Notes: a model not told the origin generated them from the letters alone. Positions 10,423 through 18,679 are shown, numbered from the stretch's first letter. The stretch is DNA of 32,000 nucleotides from Candidatus Izimoplasma sp. HR2 (GCA_000753575.1 JRFF01000053.1:89641-121640), one strand, 5' to 3'. Numbers and translations are program-made.

Positions 10423-10611
10423 TTACAATAAGTCTCTAGTATTCTTTTTATGTTTTTGTTTACGAGTATAGTCTTTTTTAGATTTATGACGACCTGTTCC
10501 CATTCTTACAACATCCATATGCTTTCCTGCTTTTCCTGGAGAATTTTTAAGTAAATCTTCTCTAGAAAATACACCGACCTTAATTTTCTTATTGCTTTTT
10601 TTCCTGTTCAT
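10423..10611 (-). CDS. small highly basic protein
   Basis: MNRKKSNKKIKVG..GRHKSKKDYTRKQKHKK. The internal ATG at 10611 follows AAGGG. Confidence 0.45.
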   Translation of the reverse strand: MNRKKSNKKIKVGVFSREDLLKNSPGKAGKHMDVVRMGTGRHKSKKDYTRKQKHKKNTRDLL

Positions 10612-10644
10612 GATTTTACCCTTTCTATAGTAAAAATACAAGGA

Positions 10645-11160
10645 TTAATCAAATCCTCGTATTTTTTTTATCTCCATAAAATCAATAGGAGTGTAATTTA
10701 TATTTTCTACTGATACATTAAAATAATTATTCTCATTAATTTCCATATCATTCCTATACCCATTATTGTGTATGTGACCATGTATATTTAAAAATGGAGT
10801 TCCATTCGCAAATTTTATTGGTTCATGTGATAGTAAAAAGAATTTTTTATATAGTATTGGATATCTATACACTTCTTTAAAACCAAGAGAAAGATAATAT
10901 GTGATACTATATTTATCATGGTTTCCCATAATTAATACTTTATTACCATTTAATCTTCTAACTAGTTCTTTACCTACTTCTTGTTTACCAAGAAATAAAT
11001 CTCCTAAAAAGAAAACTTTATCTTCTTTTTTAATTGTTTTATTCCAATTTTTAATTATTGTTTCATTCATTTCTTCTACATCTTTAAATGGTCTGTCGCA
11101 ATATTTAATAATATTTGTATGGAAGAAGTGGGTATCTGAAATAAACCACACTTTTGACAT
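10645..11160 (-). CDS. calcineurin-like metallophosphoesterase
   Basis: Motifs SDTHF, GDL, GNHD and GHIH occur in canonical order. Confidence 0.8.
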   Translation of the reverse strand: MSKVWFISDTHFFHTNIIKYCDRPFKDVEEMNETIIKNWNKTIKKEDKVFFLGDLFLGKQEVGKELVRRLNGNKVLIMGNHDKYSITYYLSLGFKEVYRYPILYKKFFLLSHEPIKFANGTPFLNIHGHIHNNGYRNDMEINENNYFNVSVENINYTPIDFMEIKKIRGFD

Positions 11161-11179
11161 AAAATCCCTCCTTTGCTGT

Positions 11180-11725
11180 TTACCACTTGCTGTATTTATC
11201 AGCGTACCCTGAAGCAGCGTAAGAATCTGGTTTAATTTTTACGTCGACTCCCATAGCTCTGAACATATTGTATACTTCTTTAATGAACTTTTTTGTTTCT
11301 CCATTTCGCCCTATGTCTACATGCGGTACTAATAAAAATTTTGCACCACTATATATATGATCAATAGTTAACTCTAATACTTTTTCTGTTATATCTGATT
11401 CAAAAAATTGATAAGCAAGCATTTGAGTTAAATGACATTCAGTCATAATTTTTTCTTTTAATTGAGAATATCGTCTTTTTTCTACTTGTACATATCTCCA
11501 GCCTCAAGCACCTTGTCCAACTCTGTGCAAATGTACAACAGTTACAAATTTAGTAGCATCAGCCTTTGGTTTAACTTGTGAGTCTGTCCCAACAGAAAGG
11601 ACATATTCTAAATCTGGTCTCTCTGCAATTATATCTAATATTTCTTGTTCCATTTCTGAGAAAGTTACTTTTTCACCTTTTCCATTAATAAATATAGCCT
11701 TTGAAAATCCTGTGCTCCAATCCAT
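11180..11725 (-). CDS. DUF458 / YkuK-like RNase H-fold protein
   Basis: Track ORFs 11180..11446 and 11504..11725 join in frame through TGA 11504-11506. SVGTDSQ motif. Confidence 0.55.
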
Positions 11726-11745
11726 TTGTCTGTCTCCCTTCCACT

Positions 11746-12072
11746 TTATTCTTCTTTAAATTCTATTCCTTCGTCCATCGCTTTAATAAATTCTTCTTCA
11801 TCTATCCACCAAATGAAACCTGAAAGATCTCAACCCGCACTTTTACCGCATTCTTTACAAAGTTTATATATTCTTCATCCCGAATCTGTATGAGTTGTCC
11901 ATCTAGTACCATGTATAGTTATTGATGTGCATCTAGATTTTTCTCCAACATAAATTATAAAATAAGTATATTCATGGATATGATTACTTTTTTTTGTTTT
12001 TATTTTCTTTGATATTTTAAATCTTTTATTATCTTTAGGTTCTTCTGCAAACATAACTAATCCTTTTTTCAT
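11746..12072 (-). CDS. hypothetical protein with CKECG motif
   Basis: The track ORF ends at TGA 11875-11877, a second TGA is at 11830-11832, and TAA is at 11746-11748. Confidence 0.55.
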
Positions 12073-12084
12073 GTGAACACCTCC

Positions 12085-12471
12085 TTATTTATATAATTTT
12101 AAATGTCCTGTTATTTCATCAATATCACAGTTAAAATCTGGACCTATACCCAGGCAAGTTGCAGTACCTGGTTCAACTTCTGTTCTGCCATCATCCACGA
12201 TCAAAGCGCATGACATCCCTTTGCTCTTGGCTATTTTATATAAAGCTAACAATTCTTCTTCACTATTTACTTGTAAAACTATTTTAGTAAAATCTTCTGC
12301 TAGCCATTTATATGCTGCTGATTTTTCTTTTAATTTAAAAATTGTATCTGTCCTTGATTCTCTTATTTCGTCCAAGAGTGCACCTAATGATGCATGTGAA
12401 ACTTGTGCGGCTAACTTTCCTGGAGACATATTCAAATCTTTTCTAGCAACAATTACTTGTTTCACTTTCAT
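12085..12471 (-). CDS. peptidyl-tRNA hydrolase, Pth2 (archaeal/eukaryotic) type
   Basis: VIVARKDLNMSPGKLAAQVSHASLGAL resembles the PTH2 N-terminal signature. 128 aa. Confidence 0.7.
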   Translation of the reverse strand: MKVKQVIVARKDLNMSPGKLAAQVSHASLGALLDEIRESRTDTIFKLKEKSAAYKWLAEDFTKIVLQVNSEEELLALYKIAKSKGMSCALIVDDGRTEVEPGTATCLGIGPDFNCDIDEITGHLKLYK

Positions 12472-12509
12472 AATTCCTCCTGTTTTATAATTTATTTAAC
12501 TTAACTTAT

Positions 12510-12597
12510 TGGCGGAGATACTGGGAATCGAACCCAGGCGAGTGTTACCTCGACGACGGTTTAGCAAACCGCTACATTACCTCTCTGTCATATCTCC
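12510..12597 (-). tRNA. tRNA-Ser(GCU), class II
   Basis: Acceptor ggagata/tatctcc. Anticodon loop ttGCTaa. Variable-arm stem cgag/ctcg. T arm ctggg-ttcgatt-cccag. CCA encoded. Confidence 0.85.
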
Positions 12598-12624
12598 GTA
12601 TAAGGGAGAATAGTCTCCCTAATT

Positions 12625-13026
12625 TTAACCTATTTTTTCAATAGTTTTTCCATTATCGTTCATTAAAAATCCTGAATTATTAAATACTAACATATGTCTT
12701 ATATCATTTTCTGTATAAAATAAGACTCTAATATAACCTCCAAATGTTTCATACATGTTTTTTATAATAAAAGACGTCTCAATTGCTATTTTAGAATATC
12801 TTACAGATTCTTCTCCATTGATTGTTTCAGCTTCAAACTTAATTTGATCAAATATTTTATAATATATTTGGTCTTCTACTGAATCACCAACATTATCTGT
12901 ATATTTTTCCTTTTCCCATCTTTTATTCGCATTTAAAATTAAATCACCTGAAAGCTTGTTAACTCATTTTACATCTGTTGCATTGTCAATGTAATTCCAT
13001 CCCTCATAATAATACTTAATAATCAT
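12625..13026 (-). CDS. hypothetical protein (133 aa), absent from the standard-code track
   Basis: ATG 13026, in-frame TGA 12964-12966, TAA 12625-12627. I translated the whole ORF by hand with no other stops. Confidence 0.6.
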
Positions 13027-13059
13027 GTTGTTCTCCTTTTCTAGTTTCTATCTTCCTGT

Positions 13060-13491
13060 CTATATACTATCACAGTTTCTACGCTGTGTAATAGCTAATT
13101 TATTCCTGATATTGTAAAGTATATCAACTATACTTATTAATTCTGTTTCAGTATCTCTCTCAAATAATTGGTCATTATTATAATTTAATTTTCAAATTCA
13201 ATTAGATGAAATTTTATTTCCATCTTTTCTAACTCATTTATTAAAACTACCTTTATAACTATCACAAGTTAATAATATATAAGCTATATTTTCTATTTCT
13301 TTATCAGATATATTTTCATCAAATATTACATATGGATATTCATAAGATTTATGTCCTTGACAACAAAATATTGTTTTCATGCCAATAATATTAAATGCAC
13401 CTACGATATCCCACATCATTTCATCAATTTCTTTAAATGGAATGTTTTTAAATCTATCTTGCAAATATCCTTCTTTAAAATAATGTTTCAT
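13060..13491 (-). CDS. hypothetical protein
   Basis: Track ORF 13234..13491 reads through TGA at 13234-13236, 13198-13200 and 13192-13194 to TAG at 13060-13062. Confidence 0.55.
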
Positions 13492-13523
13492 ATTATTACT
13501 CCTCTTTTTATTTAAGATTAATT

Positions 13524-13976
13524 TTAAAAATTATCAAGTAAATTATTTGCGTATTCATTAGCATCATCTTCCTGCTCATTTTTACTAGCACTAACAAACC
13601 AGTCATTTTTAATTAAATATTGATATTGATGCCTAGCTTCATGCAATGTAACTCTAAGCAATATTTTTTTAAGAGCTTTGTTTCTTTTACGTAATCCCTT
13701 AATATTATTTACATGTCTTTTCTTTGTATTGCCATATAATATTATAAAATTACGAGGTTCATATATCTTATTCTTATAATAGGCTGAACCACTAACTTCT
13801 GTTTTCAAATGCCTGTATAAAATATTAAATGTTTCTATTTTAAATATATAGGAATACTTTATGATATCTAACCAATTCCAAACAAATACTATTGGTATGT
13901 TTCTATCAATGTGTATTGTATTCAATTCATTAAAACTTTCTTCAATACATTCTAAATCATTATAAAATTTAAACAT
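13524..13976 (-). CDS. putative zinc metallopeptidase (HExxH)
   Basis: The single motif VTLHEARHQY is the only support. Confidence 0.35.
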   Translation of the reverse strand: MFKFYNDLECIEESFNELNTIHIDRNIPIVFVWNWLDIIKYSYIFKIETFNILYRHLKTEVSGSAYYKNKIYEPRNFIILYGNTKKRHVNNIKGLRKRNKALKKILLRVTLHEARHQYQYLIKNDWFVSASKNEQEDDANEYANNLLDNF

Positions 13977-14064
13977 TATATTCTCCTTTAAATTTTAGTT
14001 AAACTCCAATTGAATAACTATAGAACTATATCTATTTATTCTCATTTGTTTACCTTGTATGTAA

Positions 14065-14192
14065 TGGACCAGATTTAGGGAGTTGAACCCCTTCATGGGT
14101 GAGTAATTAAGTCACTGAGATAGCTAAGAACCGTCTATGAAATTTTATAAAGTAGTCGACTTTTTTATAAAATTTCATGCTATCAAATCTGG
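14065..14192 (-). ncRNA. tRNA-like element interrupted by a 42-nt palindromic hairpin
   Basis: Acceptor ccagatt/aatctgg + t + CCA. T arm agggg-ttcaact-cccta. D-like stem atagc/gctat. A perfect 15-bp hairpin at 14137..14178 is inserted in the D region. No convincing anticodon arm. Confidence 0.4.
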
Positions 14193-14197
14193 ATATA

Positions 14198-14272
14198 TGG
14201 AATGTCTGACGAGATTTGAACTCGTATAAAATGCCTTCGTAGGACATTGCCTTTCCATTAGACTACAGACAT
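14198..14272 (-). tRNA. tRNA-Arg(ACG)
   Basis: Acceptor atgtctg/cagacat. D stem gtct/aggc. Anticodon loop ctACGaa. T arm acgag-ttcaaat-ctcgt. CCA encoded. Confidence 0.85.
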
Positions 14273-14314
14273 ATATATTGAGCGTTTAATCTTACCACAC
14301 TCAAAGATTTATTA

Positions 14315-15091
14315 TTAATATTCTTTGCTAGTGAAATATTCTTCATTAGTTTTATTTATTAGATAAGCATTATGTTCTAATGCGATAGAATCTGTACTTG
14401 TGTCTACAATAATCCATTCTCCATCAATAAAAACTTCATTCCAACCATGATAAACTGGAGTATATACAGTATATCCTTTTATATATTTAGTAGGAATATC
14501 AACTGCTCTTAACATAACTGCTGTTAAAGTTGCAAAATCAGAACAAATTCCTTTACCTGTTTCTAATATATCATCTGCTTTTGGAATATAATTTCTTGGT
14601 AAATTATTAATATTTTCAAGTTTTTTATAATCATACGTTATATTATTAATTATATAATCATAAATAATTTCAAATTTTTCTTTATCTGTTTCAATATCTT
14701 TAGTTAATTTTTTTGCTAAAATTACTGCTTTTAGTTCATCATTCCAAGAAATGAGTTGATGTGAACTTAAAAATACTTCTTCTTCATTTACATCTATATT
14801 AATACTTTTCTTAGATATTACTTTACCTCTTCTGTTTTCAATTGTTAATAAAGTAATTATATAATCTCCATCACCCATTTGTATTGGCAATGAGATAGTT
14901 TCTGCACCAATAAAATATAAATAATTTACTGTATCTTTTTCAACGACAACTACAAAATTAGTTTCTTCATAATTACTAGTATCAATTATAATTGTATCGT
15001 CGTTAATGCCAATATCTATTTCTGCAACGCAACCAAAAGCAAAGGTAATCAAAAGTATTAAAGCCATTATGCAAGCTAATATCTTTTTCAT
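14315..15091 (-). CDS. transglutaminase-like cysteine peptidase, predicted lipoprotein
   Basis: Signal peptide with lipobox FAFGC. Core motifs GKGICSDFATL, YHGWNEV and IIVDTS (Cys-His-Asp). Confidence 0.7.
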   Translation of the reverse strand: MKKILACIMALILLITFAFGCVAEIDIGINDDTIIIDTSNYEETNFVVVVEKDTVNYLYFIGAETISLPIQMGDGDYIITLLTIENRRGKVISKKSINIDVNEEEVFLSSHQLISWNDELKAVILAKKLTKDIETDKEKFEIIYDYIINNITYDYKKLENINNLPRNYIPKADDILETGKGICSDFATLTAVMLRAVDIPTKYIKGYTVYTPVYHGWNEVFIDGEWIIVDTSTDSIALEHNAYLINKTNEEYFTSKEY

Positions 15092-15135
15092 ATAAAAACC
15101 TTCTTTCTTTTTATTATTTTCTTATTTCTATATAT

Positions 15136-15164
15136 ATTATATCATATTTTTAATGCGGTGTCAA
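15136..15164 (-). promoter_or_regulatory. sigma70-type promoter with ATATATAGAA extension
   Basis: TTGACA-17 nt-TATAAT-ATATATAGAAAT on the minus strand, upstream of the transglutaminase-like gene. Confidence 0.7.
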
Positions 15165-15174
15165 ATAATTTTGA

Positions 15175-15369
15175 TTATTGATTTTTAGTAAAGAAATTAT
15201 ATAATTTATCTCTTGTATCAATATCTATTTTTTCTCATACAGCAGATATATCATCAAGTATTTCTTCAAGTGACCTTATGTCACCATAATTATCACATAA
15301 TGGTATATTTAAGTCTACTAATATCTCAATAATTTCAAGAATTTCAGGAGTATTAATATTTTTTAACAT
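15175..15369 (-). CDS. hypothetical protein (64 aa), visible only with TGA=Trp
   Basis: ATG 15369, TGA 15235-15237, TAA 15175-15177. Abuts the glutaredoxin stop. Confidence 0.5.
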
Positions 15370-15371
15370 GT

Positions 15372-15617
15372 TTATCTCTCCAATTCTTCATTAATAACTT
15401 CTATTAGTTTGTTTAAATCTGAACCAAGAATAGGTCTGCCATTTATAATTGTAACAGGAACAGACATAAAACCTAATTCCATAAGTTCTTTTCTATTATA
15501 TTTATTGGCAATATTTCTTATTTCAAACTCAAATCCTTGTGTTTCTAAAAATTCTTTAACTATAGTACAATGATGACAATTTTTTGAACTATAAATAATA
15601 ATTTCTATTTTTCCCAT
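15372..15617 (-). CDS. glutaredoxin / NrdH-like redoxin
   Basis: 81 aa with a CHHC active-site motif after the first beta strand (IIIYSSKNCHHC). Confidence 0.75.
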   Translation of the reverse strand: MGKIEIIIYSSKNCHHCTIVKEFLETQGFEFEIRNIANKYNRKELMELGFMSVPVTIINGRPILGSDLNKLIEVINEELER

Positions 15618-15627
15618 AGTTTTCTCC

Positions 15628-16359
15628 TTAATTTTTAACTATAAATAATTTTTCAACACTTTTTTTATGAGTGCCTTTGTTGTCTAATCCTACTTTATGT
15701 TCTTTACTCCAAATGCATTCAAAATTGTTTTCTGGCATTTGATATTCACTAATAATAATTATATTATTCTTACTCATTTCTTTTGCTCATGCATAAAATT
15801 CTTCATAATTAAATTTTGGTTGTTCTGGATAACGCTTTGTGCTTCTATACGGAATATCACAATATATAACATAATTATTAATTTCTTCATTTGTGTATTC
15901 ATTAAAATTTTTACAATAAAATTTTACATCTGTTAAATTTTTTCTTTGTTTTTCTATGTTCCTTATACCTTCATTTGGTATATCTCTAGGAGTTATTTTG
16001 TCTGCTTTAAATCCTCTTGCGAATCCTTGAAAATAACGAGAACCATAGGTAGCGCAGAATCCAACTAATCCAATATACCAATTAGGGTAATTATTTTTAT
16101 TATTTTTTACTTGTTTATATTCTTCTTCTGTTATTGTTGTCGGTAATGGATTATTTAATATTTTAATATAATTTAATAAAGCAATTAATTCTTTATGTAT
16201 GTCTGAACCAATTTTATTATTATGATTTATTTTATCTATTACATTCGCTCCACCTACGCATACTTCTAAATATCCATCACAATTACTATCATCTATAATT
16301 TCTTGAATTATTGGAATAATATATTTACAAAGTCTATTTTTACTGCCTACAAATTTCAT
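15628..16359 (-). CDS. dam: Dam-type N6-adenine DNA methyltransferase
   Basis: N-terminal FVGSKNRL and catalytic DIPY motif. The track ORF ends at TGA 15787-15789 and TAA is at 15628-15630. Confidence 0.75.
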
Positions 16360-16369
16360 AATTCCCTCC

Positions 16370-16576
16370 TTAAAACACTGTTACTTCTTCTATTCCTTCT
16401 CCATTAATGATTGTATCAGATTTTGCTATAAATGTTGTAGTTCCTGATTTAGTTTTAACAGGTTCTCCATCAGGTTCGAATAATCTGAACATATCTAATT
16501 CTTTAATATCTATTGGAAGACATTCTTCTCAAGTAGAATTTATCCAATTAAATTTTTCAACTTTTCTCATTCTCAT
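16370..16576 (-). CDS. hypothetical protein (68 aa), visible only with TGA=Trp
   Basis: ATG 16576 after AAGGAG, TGA 16529-16531, TAA 16370-16372. Confidence 0.5.
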
Positions 16577-16588
16577 AGTTTTCTCCTT

Positions 16589-16624
16589 AAAAATAAAATA
16601 GCCTTGTCACGGATGATCAAGGCT
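16589..16624 (-). terminator. rho-independent terminator closing the tRNA island
   Basis: Minus-strand stem agccttg/caaggct followed by ATTTTATTTTT, directly downstream of tRNA-Val. Confidence 0.7.
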
Positions 16625-16629
16625 TAGTC

Positions 16630-16703
16630 TGGTGCTCGATGAAAGAATCGAACTTTCATTTTAGGTATGTAACACCCATGTCCTCCCGTTAGACGAATCG
16701 AGC
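16630..16703 (-). tRNA. tRNA-Val(UAC)
   Basis: Acceptor gctcgat/atcgagc. Anticodon loop gtTACat. T arm gaaag-ttcgatt-ctttc. CCA encoded. Confidence 0.85.
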
Positions 16704-16852
16704 ATATGTAATGCCTAGTATTTTTCGTGGTGTACTAGGCAACACCATCTTTTGGCAATAGCTCTGCGAATCAGACTGTCAAGGTTCCTCCCGGGTTAGC
16801 AATAGCTTTCCTTTTTTAAGGGAATTTTAAGACCTCCGGTCACACAGGTCTA

Positions 16853-16926
16853 TGGCGGTTCTACAGAGAATCGAACTCTGATTTTTTGGCAGACAACCAA
16901 TTGTAATACCATTATACTATAAAACC
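16853..16926 (-). tRNA. tRNA-Asp(GUC)
   Basis: Acceptor ggtttta/tagaacc. Anticodon loop ttGTCtg (U at position 37). T arm cagag-ttcgatt-ctctg. CCA encoded. Confidence 0.75.
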
Positions 16927-17178
16927 AAGCTTTCTTACTCTTTTTATAAAGCGATGGTAAGAGACCCGCATATTTATTGGAAAACGCTTAAAACCAATTA
17001 ATATATCAAGTTTAATATATTTGTAGATGACTTACATATATTAAACGTATATTATTTTTTTTTCTGTTTAATCATCTTAGATGTATTCACATCTCTTCAC
17101 AGAATCGTATTTTTTTGATTAGAGTTTTGACATTCTATCCATCGATGAATAGTGTCTTAGACAGACTCTTACTGCCTT

Positions 17179-17254
17179 TGGAGCGAACAGTCAGAATCGA
17201 ACTGACGGCATACTAGTTTTGCAGACTAGTCCCTGCCCATTTGGGGTTATTCGC
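17179..17254 (-). tRNA. tRNA-Cys(GCA)
   Basis: Acceptor gcgaata/tgttcgc. Anticodon arm ctagt-ctGCAaa-actag. T arm gtcag-ttcgatt-ctgac. CCA encoded. Confidence 0.8.
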
Positions 17255-17257
17255 ATA

Positions 17258-17351
17258 TGGCGGGCATCGGATACCGAATTTCACGGATAACTCTATTGTA
17301 ATCGCAAGATATCATAACGAATTACAGAGACCACAATATATATGGGTGCCC
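17258..17351 (-). ncRNA. 94-nt tRNA-like RNA with CCA end and elongated central hairpin
   Basis: Acceptor-like gggcacc/gatgccc (one mismatch) + g + CCA. Long bulged hairpin tgtaattcg/cgattaca. Only a weak T-arm analogue (ccg-tgaaatt-cgg). Confidence 0.35.
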
Positions 17352-17467
17352 ATGTTTTGAATAAGATATTTGGGAGAAGAAACAACTATACTCATAAACG
17401 GGTCGTTCCTTACCTCGTTTTAAGGATTACAAGTTCTTTATCTCCTTTCCTAAATATCTTATTCAAT

Positions 17468-17543
17468 TGGTGGATTGAGAGAGATTTGAACTCTCGACCT
17501 CTGGTTCTTCAAACCAACACTCTTCCAACTGAGTTATCAATCC
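17468..17543 (-). tRNA. tRNA-Phe(GAA)
   Basis: Acceptor ggattga/tcaatcc. Anticodon loop ttGAAga. T arm gagag-ttcaaat-ctctc. CCA encoded. Confidence 0.85.
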
Positions 17544-17554
17544 ATATTCATTTC

Positions 17555-17625
17555 AAGACACTAATTTATATACAATCCATATTTGTATGGCTTAGCAGCC
17601 TGTTTTGATTTGCTGTATGTGTCTT
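17555..17625. ncRNA. three-helix structured RNA, copy A
   Basis: Closing stem aagacac/gtgtctt. Hairpins atacaa/ttgtat and ggct-tagc-agcc. Strand not determined. Confidence 0.5.
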
Positions 17626-17645
17626 ATGAATTATTATTTTATATC

Positions 17646-17712
17646 AAGACGCTAATTTTTATCCAATTAAAAGTTGGTCGCTTAGCAGCGGTTGATGTGC
17701 TGTATGCGTCTT
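17646..17712. ncRNA. three-helix structured RNA, copy B
   Basis: Same architecture as copy A with compensatory changes: aagacgc/gcgtctt, ccaa/ttgg, cgct-tagc-agcg. Confidence 0.5.
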
Positions 17713-17776
17713 TATGTTGGGTTTTGTCTGTACAAACAGGAATTATAGGGACTTTAACCAACTTCCTTGAACCTAG

Positions 17777-17853
17777 TGGTATGTAGGGAGAGGCTCGAAC
17801 TCTCAAAACTTTGGGTCTAAGCCAAAGATCTCCTCCATTTGGATTACCTACAC
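17777..17853 (-). tRNA. class-I-sized tRNA with anticodon UAG (Leu-type anticodon, no long variable arm)
   Basis: Acceptor gtgtagg/cctacat. Anticodon arm ctttgg-ctTAGac-ccaaag. 4-nt variable loop. T arm gagag-ttcgagc-ctctc. CCA encoded. Irregular D arm. Confidence 0.65.
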
Positions 17854-17881
17854 ATATTTTTTTATTTCTTAACTTATTATT

Positions 17882-17910
17882 ATTATAACATATCTTTATT
17901 GAGATGTCAA
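17882..17910 (-). promoter_or_regulatory. sigma70-type promoter inside the tRNA island
   Basis: Minus strand TTGACA-17 nt-TATAAT, exact consensus. Confidence 0.7.
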
Positions 17911-17924
17911 ATAAGATAGTTAAC

Positions 17925-17999
17925 TGGTAGCAAGCGCTGGTAACGCTCCAGCTTCATTAGAGTTATGAGCACTATTGAGATACTTACCTCCCGCTTGAC
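17925..17999 (-). tRNA. non-canonical tRNA(CAU) (Met or Ile2 type)
   Basis: Acceptor gtcaagc/gcttgct (one mismatch). Anticodon arm tagtg-ctCATaa-ctcta. T stem gctgg/ccagc with atypical loop agcgtta. D loop lacks GG. CCA encoded. Confidence 0.5.
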
Positions 18000-18013
18000 A
18001 TATATAATTTTAT

Positions 18014-18087
18014 TGGCAAGGGCACAAGGAATTTAACCTCAATCTTGTGGTTTGGAATCACGTATGTTAACATTACACCATGCCCCT
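18014..18087 (-). tRNA. tRNA-Trp(CCA), atypical
   Basis: Acceptor aggggca/tgccctt, A1-U72, discriminator G73, CCA. Anticodon loop ttCCAaa on a 3-bp stem flanked by mismatches. T loop ttaaatt. D loop lacks GG. Confidence 0.6.
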
Positions 18088-18096
18088 ACATACTAT

Positions 18097-18309
18097 CTAC
18101 ATGTTTGCTTCTTCTTTATCAAGTTCTTCTTCTTTTATTCCATAGAAAAGGAAATTTTCTTGAATTTCTTCCATAGGTACTTTTCCTACTAAGTGAATAA
18201 ATTGAACTGCTTCTTCTATATCTTTAAATCTAAGTATCTTATCTGTTTCAAGATTTATCATAAATTGTTCTTGTCCATTGATCAATGTTGCTACAATTAT
18301 AAGTTCCAT
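18097..18309 (-). CDS. small hypothetical protein, family shared with 20776..21003
   Basis: 70 aa, SD AAGGAG. Shares ..LING.., ..A..F.. and ..E.I..N..F.. with its paralog. Confidence 0.55.
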   Translation of the reverse strand: MELIIVATLINGQEQFMINLETDKILRFKDIEEAVQFIHLVGKVPMEEIQENFLFYGIKEEELDKEEANM

Positions 18310-18313
18310 AGTA

Positions 18314-18499
18314 TTACTCCTTCGCTAGTTTTGCTTCTTCTTTCGCCAATTTTCTCAATCTAATTCTTTCTAATCGTGCTTTTTCTTGTCTAATACGTTT
18401 TTCTGTTGCAACCTTAAACATTCTAAGATTTCGTCTATCAGATGTTTCATCAATAATTACTGTGAATCCATTCGGTAAAGTTCCTACTTGTTTGTTCAT
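18314..18499 (-). CDS. small hypothetical protein with basic coiled tail
   Basis: 61 aa, SD AGGAGG, TAA stop. Confidence 0.5.
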   Translation of the reverse strand: MNKQVGTLPNGFTVIIDETSDRRNLRMFKVATEKRIRQEKARLERIRLRKLAKEEAKLAKE

Positions 18500-18511
18500 A
18501 AAACATTCCTC

Positions 18512-18679
18512 CTATCTACGAAATCCAATTACCTTATAACCAAGTTGATATCTTAAGAAATCAATTGCTCCTAATTCTGTTAATCCACTAAATCCTGTTA
18601 ATTCAATAACTTTTTTAGTTACATGAGCAGAAGTGATTGCTTTTAATGCAGATTTTTCTGTATAAATTCTTTTAGCCAT
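18512..18679 (-). CDS. small hypothetical protein (55 aa, below track cutoff)
   Basis: MAKRIYTEKSALKAITSAHVTKKVIELTGFSGLTELGAIDFLRYQLGYKVIGFRR. SD AAGGAGAAAAC. TAG stop. Confidence 0.45.
   Translation of the reverse strand: MAKRIYTEKSALKAITSAHVTKKVIELTGFSGLTELGAIDFLRYQLGYKVIGFRR

Noticed and set aside
10423-10611. Small basic protein as an ArfA-like ribosome rescue factor
   Set aside because: The only resemblance is a vague K/R-rich ..KKDYTRKQKH.. segment. ArfA works through RF2, which would conflict with UGA reassignment. There is no real support.
16705-16852. Spacer between tRNA-Val and tRNA-Asp containing gcctagta/tactaggc and gacct/aggtc hairpins and a direct repeat gcaatagct
   Set aside because: It is clearly structured, but I could not define a closed element or a tRNA-like fold with confidence. 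I left it as unannotated spacer.
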